Below, piece after piece: positions 1 to 9,108 of a stretch of DNA of 37,484 nt. The stretch is from Actinomycetota bacterium. Its GTDB lineage: Bacteria > Actinomycetota > Aquicultoria > Aquicultorales > Aquicultoraceae. The stretch lies in NCBI GenBank assembly GCA_030017355.1, contig JASEIR010000002.1, forward strand, positions 1,285 through 38,768, in the 5' to 3' direction. A model generated the notes under the pieces. That model did no database searches, was not told the origin of the DNA, and saw only the letters and a program-made list of their open reading frames with translations. Positions within the stretch are counted from its first letter, which is position 1, and each line of letters starts with the position of its first letter. The position numbers and the translations under genes are program-made.

Positions 1-552
1 TGGCAATCGGTATGATGGAATACCATACCTTAGCATACCGCCAGATTTTTCAAACGCTTCAAAAATCGTTACGGGATATCCCCTTCTGGCTAACTGAAAT
101 GCACAGGAAAGACCAGCCGGTCCTGATCCGACCACGGCTACTTTCTCTGAACGCGATTCCTCAACAATTTTCTCATGTTGCAAATTGTTTTTTATTGCAT
201 AATCGCCTAAGAATCTTTCTACTTGGTTTATCGATACGGCCTCGTCTTTCGCCTTTCTATTGCATTCGCCTTCGCAGAAATGCGGGCAAACCCTTCCAAG
301 TATAGCTGGCAGCGGGTTGGTATCCGTCAATATTCGCCATGCCTGCTCGTATGATTGATCATCACTTCTCCCAAAATAGCTTGTTTGAGCTATTGATGTC
401 AAAAACGACCTTATGTTATTGCTACTTGGACAGGCATTTTTGCAAGGCGGTGTTTTTTCAACATACTTTGGCCGCAAGTACGAGTCTTCACCGCGACGGC
501 TATAGCTAGCCGCACCGATTGCTCGTTTCCTTGTTTTAAGTACTACCGCCAT
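1..552 (-). CDS. GltD-family (glutamate-synthase small-subunit-like) NAD(P)H oxidoreductase, N-terminal 184 codons only; DsrL-like by operon context; the gene continues past the window start
   Basis: Absent from the ORF track because there is no stop in the window. Hand translation of the reverse strand from ATG 550-552 (SD GGAGGG 5 nt upstream) gives MAVVLKTRKRAIGAASYSRRGEDSYLRPKYVEKTPPCKNACPSS...NPLPAILGRVCPHFCEGECNR...KVAVVGSGPAGLSCAFQLARRGYPVTIFEAFEKSGGMLRYGIPSYRLP. The frame stays open to position 1. The Cys clusters plus the GxGxxG fold are typical of the GltD/NfnB/DsrL family. The gene lies 116 nt downstream of dsrD on the same strand. Confidence 0.7.
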   Translation of the reverse strand, partial: MAVVLKTRKRAIGAASYSRRGEDSYLRPKYVEKTPPCKNACPSSNNIRSFLTSIAQTSYFGRSDDQSYEQAWRILTDTNPLPAILGRVCPHFCEGECNRKAKDEAVSINQVERFLGDYAIKNNLQHEKIVEESRSEKVAVVGSGPAGLSCAFQLARRGYPVTIFEAFEKSGGMLRYGIPSYRLP

Positions 553-668
553 TTCTCCCTCCTTTGAATCCCAGGCGTCACCACACTCTAAACTAAGGGT
601 GTTCAGTGATTGCCCTAATCTTACGAAACCAGTGTGTACACGCCTAAGCGATTTTATGATTACTACTC

Positions 669-914
669 TTAATTAGCAGAGCCTTCTTTGTGAGGCAGCT
701 CAATAGAGCTGCCGCCAAAGTAACCATACACACACCGGCCGGAGTCAATTAGCAGCTTTATTGCATCCTTGCAATCTTGCTTGGATACCTGATCCCCATA
801 CTTTGATGTTATTGCCTTTGTGAGATCGGTTGATTTTAATTTCTTTTGCCCTGCACTCTCAGCAACCATCTGATACATTTCGTCTGCAATCTGCTCAATT
901 GAAATTCCAGCCAT
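669..914 (-). CDS. dsrD: DsrD, small winged-helix protein of the reductive dsr pathway
   Basis: 81-aa ORF starting 12 nt after the dsrB stop. SD AGGGGG lies upstream of the ATG. The lysine-rich N-terminal half and the C-terminal ...IKLLIDSGRCVYGYFGGSSIELP resemble the DsrD pattern (..LVNDEVLEYWSSGSTTMYGL) recalled from Desulfovibrio. Its position after dsrAB is the classical one. Confidence 0.8.
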   Translation of the reverse strand: MAGISIEQIADEMYQMVAESAGQKKLKSTDLTKAITSKYGDQVSKQDCKDAIKLLIDSGRCVYGYFGGSSIELPHKEGSAN

Positions 915-926
915 GTTTAATTCCCC

Positions 927-2003
927 CTAATACCTATTCTGTACCGACCGTTTAAAGGTCGTTCCAGCGTGTCTAAAGTCATCGAGATGATACTTGGTAA
1001 ACTCGATGCCGGTTTTCTCAAAGAACCTTGCCCAGCCGATTCTGTTAATCCATTCACCCACACGCTCAAATGGCCTTGCATCCTTAGCATATATCTCAAC
1101 AATCTTTTTAACTGCTTCAGTAACCTCCGGCCATCTAGGTGGGTTATTTGGCAGATATGGAACCGCAAGCTTGGTAAACATTGGTTCGGTTCTTGCGTTT
1201 GATATCTTTCCGCCTACCCAGATTGAAACTCCATCATTTAGCGGATCAGCTAATGGCATTGATGGGCAAACTGTATAGCAGTTACCACAATACATACATT
1301 TGTCCTCATCAACCTTAACCGTTGACTTACCTTCAATTGATGTTGGCCTGATTGCATTGTTTGGACAAGAAGCAACGGTTGTTGGTATCTCGCAAAGATT
1401 TGGTAGCGTTTCATGGTCAATCCTTGGCGGTGTTCTGTGAACACCTAAAATTGCAATATCAGAAGCATGAACTGCGCCGCACATATTTAGGCAGCACGCG
1501 ACGGCAAGCCTTACCTTATGCGGCAGCTTCATTGACGTAAAGTAATCAGCTAGCTCATCCATAACTACTTTAACTAGTCCTGAAGCATCTGTAGCGGACG
1601 AGTGGCAGTGTACCCATCCCTGAGTATGCACAACATTTGAAATTCCTCTACCAGTTCCACCAACAAGTGTAAACTTGCTTAATTCTTCAATAAGAGGGTC
1701 GATATTATCTTTGTTCGATAGCAGGAACTCGATATTGTTTCTACTTGTAAATCTTAGGTAACCATCGCAATATTTCTCTGCTAATGCCGTTATCTTCCTT
1801 ACGAATTCTGTACTGATCAATCTTGGTGAAGCGGCACGAACGGTATATATTGAATCGCCGGATTCTGCAACATGCACCAATACGCCTGGTTTTAATATTT
1901 CATGATATTTCCACGCGCCATAGTTTTTCTTAATTATCGGGTGCAAGAATTGCTCGTAATGCGGCGGGCCTATATCCGTTCTTCTCTCTGTTGTTACAGA
2001 CAT
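927..2003 (-). CDS. dsrB: Dissimilatory sulfite reductase beta subunit
   Basis: 358-aa ORF with SD GGGAGG. It carries [17 protein letters not shown] and [14 protein letters not shown] siroheme/[4Fe-4S] motifs and an inserted ferredoxin domain (CPNNAI...[12 protein letters not shown]). It sits directly after dsrA. Confidence 0.95.
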   Translation of the reverse strand: MSVTTERRTDIGPPHYEQFLHPIIKKNYGAWKYHEILKPGVLVHVAESGDSIYTVRAASPRLISTEFVRKITALAEKYCDGYLRFTSRNNIEFLLSNKDNIDPLIEELSKFTLVGGTGRGISNVVHTQGWVHCHSSATDASGLVKVVMDELADYFTSMKLPHKVRLAVACCLNMCGAVHASDIAILGVHRTPPRIDHETLPNLCEIPTTVASCPNNAIRPTSIEGKSTVKVDEDKCMYCGNCYTVCPSMPLADPLNDGVSIWVGGKISNARTEPMFTKLAVPYLPNNPPRWPEVTEAVKKIVEIYAKDARPFERVGEWINRIGWARFFEKTGIEFTKYHLDDFRHAGTTFKRSVQNRY

Positions 2004-2081
2004 CTATTTTACCTCCCATTTCATAAAATTAATGTCATTCATGACGCTGCAAGTATAAACAACAATATCCTTCAATCTCGA

Positions 2082-3263
2082 TTATTCTTCCTCGTAATAT
2101 TCCTCATAGAAGATATACGGATTGTCTCTTGGCTGCGTAACCATTTGCGGTATTGGCTCTAGTCCTATGCCCTCTATGAAAGCAGCTAAGCCAACTCTCT
2201 CTACGCATTCGCCAATTCTCTCCCTGTTCTTTCCATGCTCATCCCAGAACTCCCAAATCCTCTCGATGAGGTCATGCAGTTCTTCAAAGTCATCCATCTT
2301 CATAAACGGAATCATCATAGAGCCAAACAGGGCACCTTCAACGATCGGTGCTTTTCCACCTAGCACAATCGCCGCACCGCGTTCTTTGCCCACTCTAAGA
2401 GCTTTTGGTAGCATATTGATGCAATGCATGCATTTTACGCAGTCGCTGTTGTCAATCTTAATCTCTTTACCTTCAATGCTTATGCATTTGGTTGGGCACT
2501 TCTCAACCACATACTCTTGAACATTCATCCCTGAATCAAGATACTCAGCAAAAGCTGCCTGATCTACTTGGATATCATCTTTCCAGATGCCAATGATGCC
2601 AAGGTCTGACCTTGCTATTGCGGCAGTACAATCATTCGGGCAGCCTGACATTTTGATCTTAAACTTATAGTTAAACATCGGCCTATGTAGCTCATCCTGA
2701 TACTTATGCGTTAAATCATAAGTTAAAGCTAAAGTATCATAGCAAGCATTCTGGCACCTAGCGGGACCTACGCAACAGCTTGGTGTCCTCATATCAGACC
2801 CAGAGCCGCCCAAGTCCCAATCTTTTGCAGTTAGTTCTCTAAACGTCGGCTCAAGTTCATCAGTAACTGTTCCCAGGAATACCAAATCGCCTGTTGAACC
2901 ATGCATGTTTAGAAGACCTGAACCGTGTGCATCCCAGATATCCATCAGCTCATTTAGAGCTTTAGCAGTATAAAACCAACCCGATGGCTGATTCACACGG
3001 ATCGTGTGGAAGTGCGAGACTCCCGGGAATTCTTCCGGTAATGCAGAATACCTTCCAATAACACCTCCACCGTAACCCATAACTCCTACCAAGCCGCCGT
3101 GCTTCCAGTAGCCCCTTTTGTCACGATACGACTTTTCGAGCTGACCTAAAAGGTCTCTAACCATGCGTTTTTTCGGAGCCATTTGCTTAAGGTCTGACAC
3201 GAAACTTGGCCATGGTCCTTTCTCCAACTCATCAAGGAGTGGAGTTTTTAGCTCATCTGACAT
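2082..3263 (-). CDS. dsrA: Dissimilatory sulfite reductase alpha subunit
   Basis: 393-aa ORF with SD AAGGAGG. The N-terminus LLDELEKGPWPSFVSDLK is typical of DsrA. It has CVGPARC (C-X5-C) and CPNDC (C-X3-C) cluster motifs and a ferredoxin insert (CPTKC...CVKCMHC). Confidence 0.95.
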   Translation of the reverse strand: MSDELKTPLLDELEKGPWPSFVSDLKQMAPKKRMVRDLLGQLEKSYRDKRGYWKHGGLVGVMGYGGGVIGRYSALPEEFPGVSHFHTIRVNQPSGWFYTAKALNELMDIWDAHGSGLLNMHGSTGDLVFLGTVTDELEPTFRELTAKDWDLGGSGSDMRTPSCCVGPARCQNACYDTLALTYDLTHKYQDELHRPMFNYKFKIKMSGCPNDCTAAIARSDLGIIGIWKDDIQVDQAAFAEYLDSGMNVQEYVVEKCPTKCISIEGKEIKIDNSDCVKCMHCINMLPKALRVGKERGAAIVLGGKAPIVEGALFGSMMIPFMKMDDFEELHDLIERIWEFWDEHGKNRERIGECVERVGLAAFIEGIGLEPIPQMVTQPRDNPYIFYEEYYEEE

Positions 3264-3353
3264 TTACTTAGCCTCCTTTTCTTTTCTGCAGCAATTTTTG
3301 AATAGGTCTTTTTTAATAATTTGATCTTTCTTAATAACTTAATTAATCGATAG

Positions 3354-4550
3354 CTAGTGATCTTGCTCTTTTACAAACTTTCCTTCAACCGGAAGCAGTG
3401 GTAGCATCCTTAAGCCCATTATGTATACGAATGCTATGAAGGCAAATATACCTATAAACTGAATTATCTCTGCTAGATGAGGTATATAGGGCATAACAAC
3501 TCCGTCTTGGAATGAACTGGCAAGTTCATAACCTGGAAATATTGGGATAGGTAGGAACTGGCCTGGTAGTATAAAGAGCATCCTTTCACCAAGCACACCG
3601 ATCACATGTAAAACCGATGCCGTTAGTATCCATTTAATTTTCGTTTTCGTAGCTGGGTTTAGCAGCAGGAAAATTGGTATTAGCAATCCAAGCCCGTATA
3701 GCATTCCCCAAAACACCCAAGTAAAGAATCCGCCGCTAAACATTACATAAAACTCGCCTTCCTGGGCTTCGGGTACATATAGATGAGTTAAGTGCTCAAT
3801 CGTTACAAGATAAAACACAAATATTATTAGCCCGAGCATAACCCGGCTTAGCTGCTGGAAGAATCGCATATCTATAGATCTTTTTGTAAGCTTGAAGGTG
3901 TAATAAAGCACAACCATTGCAAGAGCACTACCTGATGAAAGCGCAGCAACAACAAATGCTAGTGGTGTTATTGATGAGAAGAACATATCTCTTCCATTTA
4001 CAACACCAAAGATAAATCCAGTACCTGAGTGGACAAAAATAGCGACTATAACAGCTGTTATGCCTAGTATCTTTGTCCATTTTTCATTCTCTTTAAGCTG
4101 CGCCCATAAATACAACACACCAACTGTCATGTATGTCATGTATATGTATGCGTTCAATGACAGCATTGACCTTGGGTTTACCATATAAAATGGCAAAACA
4201 ATCCTGTCTGGCCGGCCCCAATCAGTAATTAGAATTCCAAGCGCTCCGGCCATGAACAAAACAGCATTAAATGCCGCAACCCTTCCTAGTACTTTGTATT
4301 CCTTCTGGCCAAATATAGCCGATAGCGCTGACATTATTAGTGACCCTGCACTAAGACCGACAAACAAAACAAATATAACTTTTGCTCCAGCCCAAGTTAC
4401 AGAGTGGCTCATTCCCGTGATATACATGCCCTTTATGAACCTGACGTAAGAGGCAACCAGCCAGCCAAGAACGAGGGTGCCTAGTATACCCACGGTCCAG
4501 TAATATTTGGGAGTTTTCCCTTCTATTGGTGCAAAATAATACTTAGCCAT
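3354..4550 (-). CDS. dsrP: DsrP, NrfD/PsrC-type polytopic quinone-interacting membrane subunit of DsrMKJOP
   Basis: 398-aa, highly hydrophobic ORF (about 10 TM segments). It starts 15 nt after dsrO, in the canonical position at the end of dsrMKJOP. Confidence 0.85.
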   Translation of the reverse strand: MAKYYFAPIEGKTPKYYWTVGILGTLVLGWLVASYVRFIKGMYITGMSHSVTWAGAKVIFVLFVGLSAGSLIMSALSAIFGQKEYKVLGRVAAFNAVLFMAGALGILITDWGRPDRIVLPFYMVNPRSMLSLNAYIYMTYMTVGVLYLWAQLKENEKWTKILGITAVIVAIFVHSGTGFIFGVVNGRDMFFSSITPLAFVVAALSSGSALAMVVLYYTFKLTKRSIDMRFFQQLSRVMLGLIIFVFYLVTIEHLTHLYVPEAQEGEFYVMFSGGFFTWVFWGMLYGLGLLIPIFLLLNPATKTKIKWILTASVLHVIGVLGERMLFILPGQFLPIPIFPGYELASSFQDGVVMPYIPHLAEIIQFIGIFAFIAFVYIMGLRMLPLLPVEGKFVKEQDH

Positions 4551-4565
4551 ATCTGCCTCACAATC

Positions 4566-5285
4566 CTATAGTCCCTTATAGAATACGCCTGGTCTTACAA
4601 GTTTTTCAGGTCTTAATACCTGAGTCTTGCCCTCAGCGATTATCTTTGCAATCTTACTATTCGGGTCATTTATGTTGCCAAATGTAAGTGCGTTGTGCGG
4701 ACACTTTTCAACGCAAGCAGGCTCTACACCTTTATCTACCCTGTGCACACAGAACGTGCACTTTGTTGCAACACCTATCATCATTCTCGGCAACTCTTTG
4801 TTTGTCCACGTGTTGCTGTTCCTAAAGATAATCGATCTTGCCCTGTACGGACAGGCCACTACACAGTAACGGCATCCAATGCACCTATGCTCATCTACAA
4901 GCACTATGCCATCTTTGCGAACAAATGATGCCTTTGTTACGCATACGTGCACACAAGGTGCATCTGCACAATGCTGACACAATAATGGTATGTATCTCTC
5001 CGGCGCGCCCGGCAATTCCTGCCTAATATTAGCCACTCTTATCCAATAAGCGTCATAACGCTTATTGCCATAGAAGGGCACATTGTTCTCTTCTCTGCAG
5101 ACTTTTTCACATACCTTGCAGCCGGTGCATTTGTTAAGGTCAACAACCATGCCCCACCTGGTTTTAGATTTCTCGCCTGGCTTTTTTTCTTGTGAAGCCA
5201 GCAAATACTGTGTACCAGGAGTGATCATTGAGCCTATAACAATTGCTCCACCGAGTTTCAGAAATGTCCTTCTGTCCATTCCCAT
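4566..5285 (-). CDS. dsrO: DsrO, periplasmic Tat-exported 4x[4Fe-4S] ferredoxin-like subunit
   Basis: Twin-arginine motif MDRRTFLKLGG. Cys motifs CTGCKVCEKVC, CQHCADAPC, CIGCRYCVVACP, CTFCVHRV...CVEKCP. The ORF is open to 5318, but the ATG at 5285 has SD GGGAGAAGG at proper spacing and precedes the Tat motif. Confidence 0.85.
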   Translation of the reverse strand: MGMDRRTFLKLGGAIVIGSMITPGTQYLLASQEKKPGEKSKTRWGMVVDLNKCTGCKVCEKVCREENNVPFYGNKRYDAYWIRVANIRQELPGAPERYIPLLCQHCADAPCVHVCVTKASFVRKDGIVLVDEHRCIGCRYCVVACPYRARSIIFRNSNTWTNKELPRMMIGVATKCTFCVHRVDKGVEPACVEKCPHNALTFGNINDPNSKIAKIIAEGKTQVLRPEKLVRPGVFYKGL

Positions 5286-5451
5286 CGCTAGACCTTCTCC
5301 CTTTAATCCTTCTAGCACTTTTAAGGTTTATTAGCTAGAATTTTTCCTTCCTCGAAGCTCTGCACTGCTATTGCCATTTTCGCTTAAACGCTTACTTTCT
5401 ATTATTTTCTTGCTTAAAATACTTGCTTAAATTACATTTTTGTGTTTTAAA

Positions 5452-5838
5452 TTACTTCTTTGTGTTTGCGTAATGGCAGCCTCCCCTGTCACCGAAACAT
5501 CCTGGTTCTACTCCAGCATAACTATGGCACTTGTCGCAGAACTCAGCCCTATTTCTGTGGCAGGTAAAGCAGTTCTCCAAGCTGTACTTTTTGTATTTCT
5601 CCCTTAAACCATTTCTAACCACTTGCACCCGCGCGGTCTTGAGAATATTCATGTGGTTGGCCCTCATGTACGGAACCTCTTCAACACATTTATTCTCAAC
5701 GCCTGCTGGTGCTTTGGCTTTTTCAAGCTTGGGTTGCGGGGCTTGACTTAAAATATCCCCGTTTACAGCGCTTACCAAAAATGGAAGCGTTAATATAACC
5801 AAAAAGACTAGAAATGCAGTTATTGCCTTCATCTTCAT
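5452..5838 (-). CDS. dsrJ: DsrJ, periplasmic multihaem cytochrome c subunit
   Basis: 128 aa with an N-terminal signal anchor. It has the conserved KCVEEVPYMRANHM segment (candidate Cys haem ligand) and haem motifs CFTCH and CDKCH, plus an atypical CFGDRGGCH. Its ATG overlaps the dsrK stop (ATGA), which suggests translational coupling. Confidence 0.8.
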   Translation of the reverse strand: MKMKAITAFLVFLVILTLPFLVSAVNGDILSQAPQPKLEKAKAPAGVENKCVEEVPYMRANHMNILKTARVQVVRNGLREKYKKYSLENCFTCHRNRAEFCDKCHSYAGVEPGCFGDRGGCHYANTKK

Positions 5839-7403
5839 TCCTTTGCTCCAAGAACTATAGCCCTACCAACTAGCTGATGGACGCCGCCTGCAACTTCCAT
5901 CGGGATTCCGTATTTGGGCATTATTTTTGTAAATTGTGCTTTACATATAGCACAAATAAGAGCCATAAAGTTAACGCCATGCGTTTCCATAACGTTATGC
6001 AAGGCTTGCATCCTTGGCATTGCGCCCTTTACTCTAACATCGATAAGCTCATCGGTTAATAAACCACCGCCACCACCACAGCAGAATGTTCTCTCCCTTA
6101 TGGTGTCGTATTCCATATCGACATACTTGTTGGTAACTGCTTTTATTAGCTCTCTTGGGATGTCAAATTGCCCGCCAGGCTTATCCCCCATCCTTGTCGC
6201 ACGCGCCACGTTGCACGAATCATGGAACGTCACAACAAACTCGTCATTTGCCGACTTATCGATCTTTAACGCTCCTCTATTTATTAGATCAAGAGTAAAC
6301 TCGCAAATGTGCTGCGGCCTTGGGTATTTTTGATTTAACATATCGAATGGACCGATCAAGGTATTCCAGAAAGCATAGGCTACTCTCCAAGCATGCCCGC
6401 ATTCACCAACAACAAGACGTTTTGGCCTTAATTCCTCAATGGCCTGCTTAATTCGAGAAGCTATCTTTTGCATATGATAGTAACTTCCAACAAACATGCC
6501 GAAGTTACCAGCCTCTGCTGCCGTTGTGCTTAACGTCCAGTTGATGCCTGCTTGATGAAATACTTTTGCATAACCAACTAAAGACTCTAGATGCGGCGTT
6601 GCAAAGAAGTCTGCTGATGGTGTAACTAGTAGTACCTCAGCATCTTCCTCATTAATAGGTAATTTAACCGGTACGCCTGTGTCTTCCTCGATTTCCTCTT
6701 CAACAAATTCTATTGCGTTTCTTAAGGCCGCCTCGTTCATGCCCAGGTTGTTGCCTAGCTCATGAACTTTTCCAATGATCTCATTGGTATACTTTTGGCC
6801 GAGACCAATGGAATCCATAATCTCTCTAGCTGCCATAGAGATTTCTGCTGTATCTATACCATATGGACAATACAGTGAGCATCTTCTGCATTGAGAGCAC
6901 TGATGGAAATAGCTATACCATTCAGCTAGTAAGCTTAAATCGAAATCAACTGCTCCGGCTAGCTTACCAAAAATCTTACCTTCAGTTGTAAAATACTTCC
7001 GGTAAACCTGCCTAAATAACTCTGCCCTTCCAGCCGGCATATTTTTTGGATCCCTGGTGCTTAGGAAATACTGGCACTTATCTGTACATGAACCGCACCT
7101 CACGCATATATCCATGTACACTTGAAGTGATTTATACTTTCCAAGTAGCTCACGCATTTTTGCTACAGCAGCCTCTTGCCAGTTTTCCACCAATGTTCCA
7201 GGAAAACCTAACTTTTCTTGTATCTCCGGCTTAGCAACATGCGGTTTATAGTGGGCAGCAGCACCTTGAACGATTTTAGGCTTTACAATTTTACCCGTTA
7301 ACTCAGGTGTCGGCTCCGGCGCTCTTTTAGGTGGTGACGTCAATAGAGCCGCTATATCCTTATCAACGGTTTTTTCCTCTGTGGTTGTTATTTCTTCTGC
7401 CAT
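5835..7403 (-). CDS. dsrK: DsrK, HdrD-like cytoplasmic FeS/CCG-domain subunit
   Basis: 522 aa with CVRCGSCTDKC and CSQCRRCSLYCP ferredoxin motifs and a C-terminal CCG-type Cys-rich motif (FCCGGGGG, CAIC). It lies between dsrM and dsrJ. Confidence 0.9.
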   Translation of the reverse strand: MAEEITTTEEKTVDKDIAALLTSPPKRAPEPTPELTGKIVKPKIVQGAAAHYKPHVAKPEIQEKLGFPGTLVENWQEAAVAKMRELLGKYKSLQVYMDICVRCGSCTDKCQYFLSTRDPKNMPAGRAELFRQVYRKYFTTEGKIFGKLAGAVDFDLSLLAEWYSYFHQCSQCRRCSLYCPYGIDTAEISMAAREIMDSIGLGQKYTNEIIGKVHELGNNLGMNEAALRNAIEFVEEEIEEDTGVPVKLPINEEDAEVLLVTPSADFFATPHLESLVGYAKVFHQAGINWTLSTTAAEAGNFGMFVGSYYHMQKIASRIKQAIEELRPKRLVVGECGHAWRVAYAFWNTLIGPFDMLNQKYPRPQHICEFTLDLINRGALKIDKSANDEFVVTFHDSCNVARATRMGDKPGGQFDIPRELIKAVTNKYVDMEYDTIRERTFCCGGGGGLLTDELIDVRVKGAMPRMQALHNVMETHGVNFMALICAICKAQFTKIMPKYGIPMEVAGGVHQLVGRAIVLGAKE

Positions 7404-7409
7404 CTCACA

Positions 7410-8132
7410 CTATCCTTTCACAGCCCAGGGAGTTACATGCCTTACTTCCCTAGCATCATCAACCTGATTCCTTGTCGGACTAAAGAATATACCGCCGGAA
7501 TGCATCAGTTTGCTAAATGGGAAATATATCAATAGCAGCAGCACTAGGGTGAAATGGATGATAAATATAGGATCGCCTGGTATTGCCTCCGGCCTAAACT
7601 GCACTAAACCCATAACAAACTGCTTGACTTTAATAATATCTGTTCTTACGTAATATTTCGTCAAGATGCCTGTTGCTGCAATGAGCATTAGAAAGATTAG
7701 AAGCACATAATCCTGCATTAGTGATAAGTAATAGGTTCTATCTATCACTAGACGCATAAGAAATAGAAATGCAAGCGCTCCAAAAAAGATAAACCCCACG
7801 TAGATTTCGAAACTTGTAATCCAAGCAAGCGCTGCGGGGGTTGTCTTAAAGAAGAATCTTAGATGTTTAACTATAGTAATTAATAGGGCGATGTGCATAA
7901 GGTATCCGCCTATCCAGATGATCCTATTACTATAGAATAGACTCTTAAAGAATCCTACTTCTTGGACCATCCTATAAACCACCCCGACCGAATTAACCGG
8001 CGCAGGTGTTAATGGAATCTTTAAGGGGGATGGCGTAGTGGCATATTTCCAGATTCTAGCGAGGAAACCGACTAAAAACACGGCTATCGCCACGTAAGCA
8101 AACAGAGTATACAACAATGTTAACCCGCTCAT
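7410..8132 (-). CDS. dsrM: DsrM, NarI/HdrE-like dihaem b membrane subunit
   Basis: 240-aa hydrophobic ORF with about 5-6 TM segments and conserved His residues within the TMs. It is the first gene of the MKJOP block. SD AAGGGAAG. Confidence 0.85.
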   Translation of the reverse strand: MSGLTLLYTLFAYVAIAVFLVGFLARIWKYATTPSPLKIPLTPAPVNSVGVVYRMVQEVGFFKSLFYSNRIIWIGGYLMHIALLITIVKHLRFFFKTTPAALAWITSFEIYVGFIFFGALAFLFLMRLVIDRTYYLSLMQDYVLLIFLMLIAATGILTKYYVRTDIIKVKQFVMGLVQFRPEAIPGDPIFIIHFTLVLLLLIYFPFSKLMHSGGIFFSPTRNQVDDAREVRHVTPWAVKG

Positions 8133-8542
8133 ATTTCTTCCCTTTTTGCACTGTAGAACATTTAAGTTCTACGGATTGACTTTTTCTTGAAAGTAACTTG
8201 CCTTCAGGCGACTTAGCTTATTTTAATGCAGCTTAGCTTATGCTTTTTAAGAAAAAACAACCAAGCTCTGCAAGACAAGCTAAGCCTTTTGGCTATTAAA
8301 TTTCTTGCTTGAAGATTCAATAATTCTATTTTCTTTATTAACTTACTTCTCGCTACAGCCAACTACAGGCAGACTACATACTACTTTTCTGCTGTACCTT
8401 TAGGAAATCCCTTTCCTCCAATTTAGACCGGCTTACCCACTTGGGATTTAGTTAAGATTTAGCTAAGATTCTCGAAATTACACAAAGCCGATCTTTAGCG
8501 CGACTTTGCTGCAATTAATCGCAATTAAAGCAATCGCTAGTT

Positions 8543-8878
8543 TTATACGCAGCCAGTCGGCTTTGGCAGACCAGCAATCTTACATGCCTGGAGAGCTGGA
8601 CCAGCCGGATACAACTGATAGAGATACGCGTTATTGCCCTTTTCTGGCCCAAACATCTTCTTCATTTCTTTGATCAAGATCTTGATCATTGGGGCAATTT
8701 TGTACTCCTTGTAGTAATCTCTTAGGAAGTTTACAACCTCCCAGTGGGCGTCCGTCATTTCGACACCCTCTTGCTGAGCGATGTAATTGGCTACCTCTAC
8801 CGACCAATCGTCTAAATTTACCAAGTAGCCGTCATCGTCAGTCTCGTAGAACTTTCCATTGAACTCAAAACCTGGCAT
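8543..8878 (-). CDS. dsrC: DsrC, sulfur-carrier co-substrate of DsrAB
   Basis: 111 aa with SD AAGGAGG. The C-terminal arm ...LQACKIAGLPKPTGCV carries both conserved cysteines (the penultimate Cys and the Cys 11 residues before it). This distinguishes true DsrC from TusE/RspA. Confidence 0.95.
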   Translation of the reverse strand: MPGFEFNGKFYETDDDGYLVNLDDWSVEVANYIAQQEGVEMTDAHWEVVNFLRDYYKEYKIAPMIKILIKEMKKMFGPEKGNNAYLYQLYPAGPALQACKIAGLPKPTGCV

Positions 8879-9108
8879 TAAAATACCTCCTTAATTGTAA
8901 TTGTATTATTAAGGTCGTCTAATAGCTGTCCTGCTTATTTTTGGAGAGGTCCTTACCTCTTATTTTAGGAAAGGAGTATGTACCAATTGTTACGATAAAC
9001 CTTATCAATAACGTTACCTTTTGTCAAGGGTATAGCAAATAAATTTTCTAGTTTTTGCATTGCTAGAGCATACCTACCCTAAAAGCATTTTTGTTTAGAG
9101 CTAAAGGG

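Noticed and set aside
12-305. 97-aa plus-strand ORF at the window start
   Set aside because: It lies entirely antisense to the much better supported minus-strand GltD/DsrL-like frame (SD, family motifs). It has low-complexity, Arg/Leu-rich shadow-ORF composition and no SD.
917-2520. Several ORFs overlapping dsrB and dsrA in other frames or on the other strand (917-1168, 969-1202, 994-1278, 1250-1444, 1352-1540, 1902-2162, 2122-2520)
   Set aside because: They are shadow ORFs inside genes with unambiguous DsrA/DsrB motifs. None has an SD or recognisable motifs.
4252-7234. Plus-strand ORFs inside dsrP, dsrO, dsrJ and dsrK (for example 4627-4869, 5083-5334, 5531-5746, 5914-6333, 7046-7234)
   Set aside because: They are antisense shadows of confidently called dsrMKJOP genes, with no independent support.
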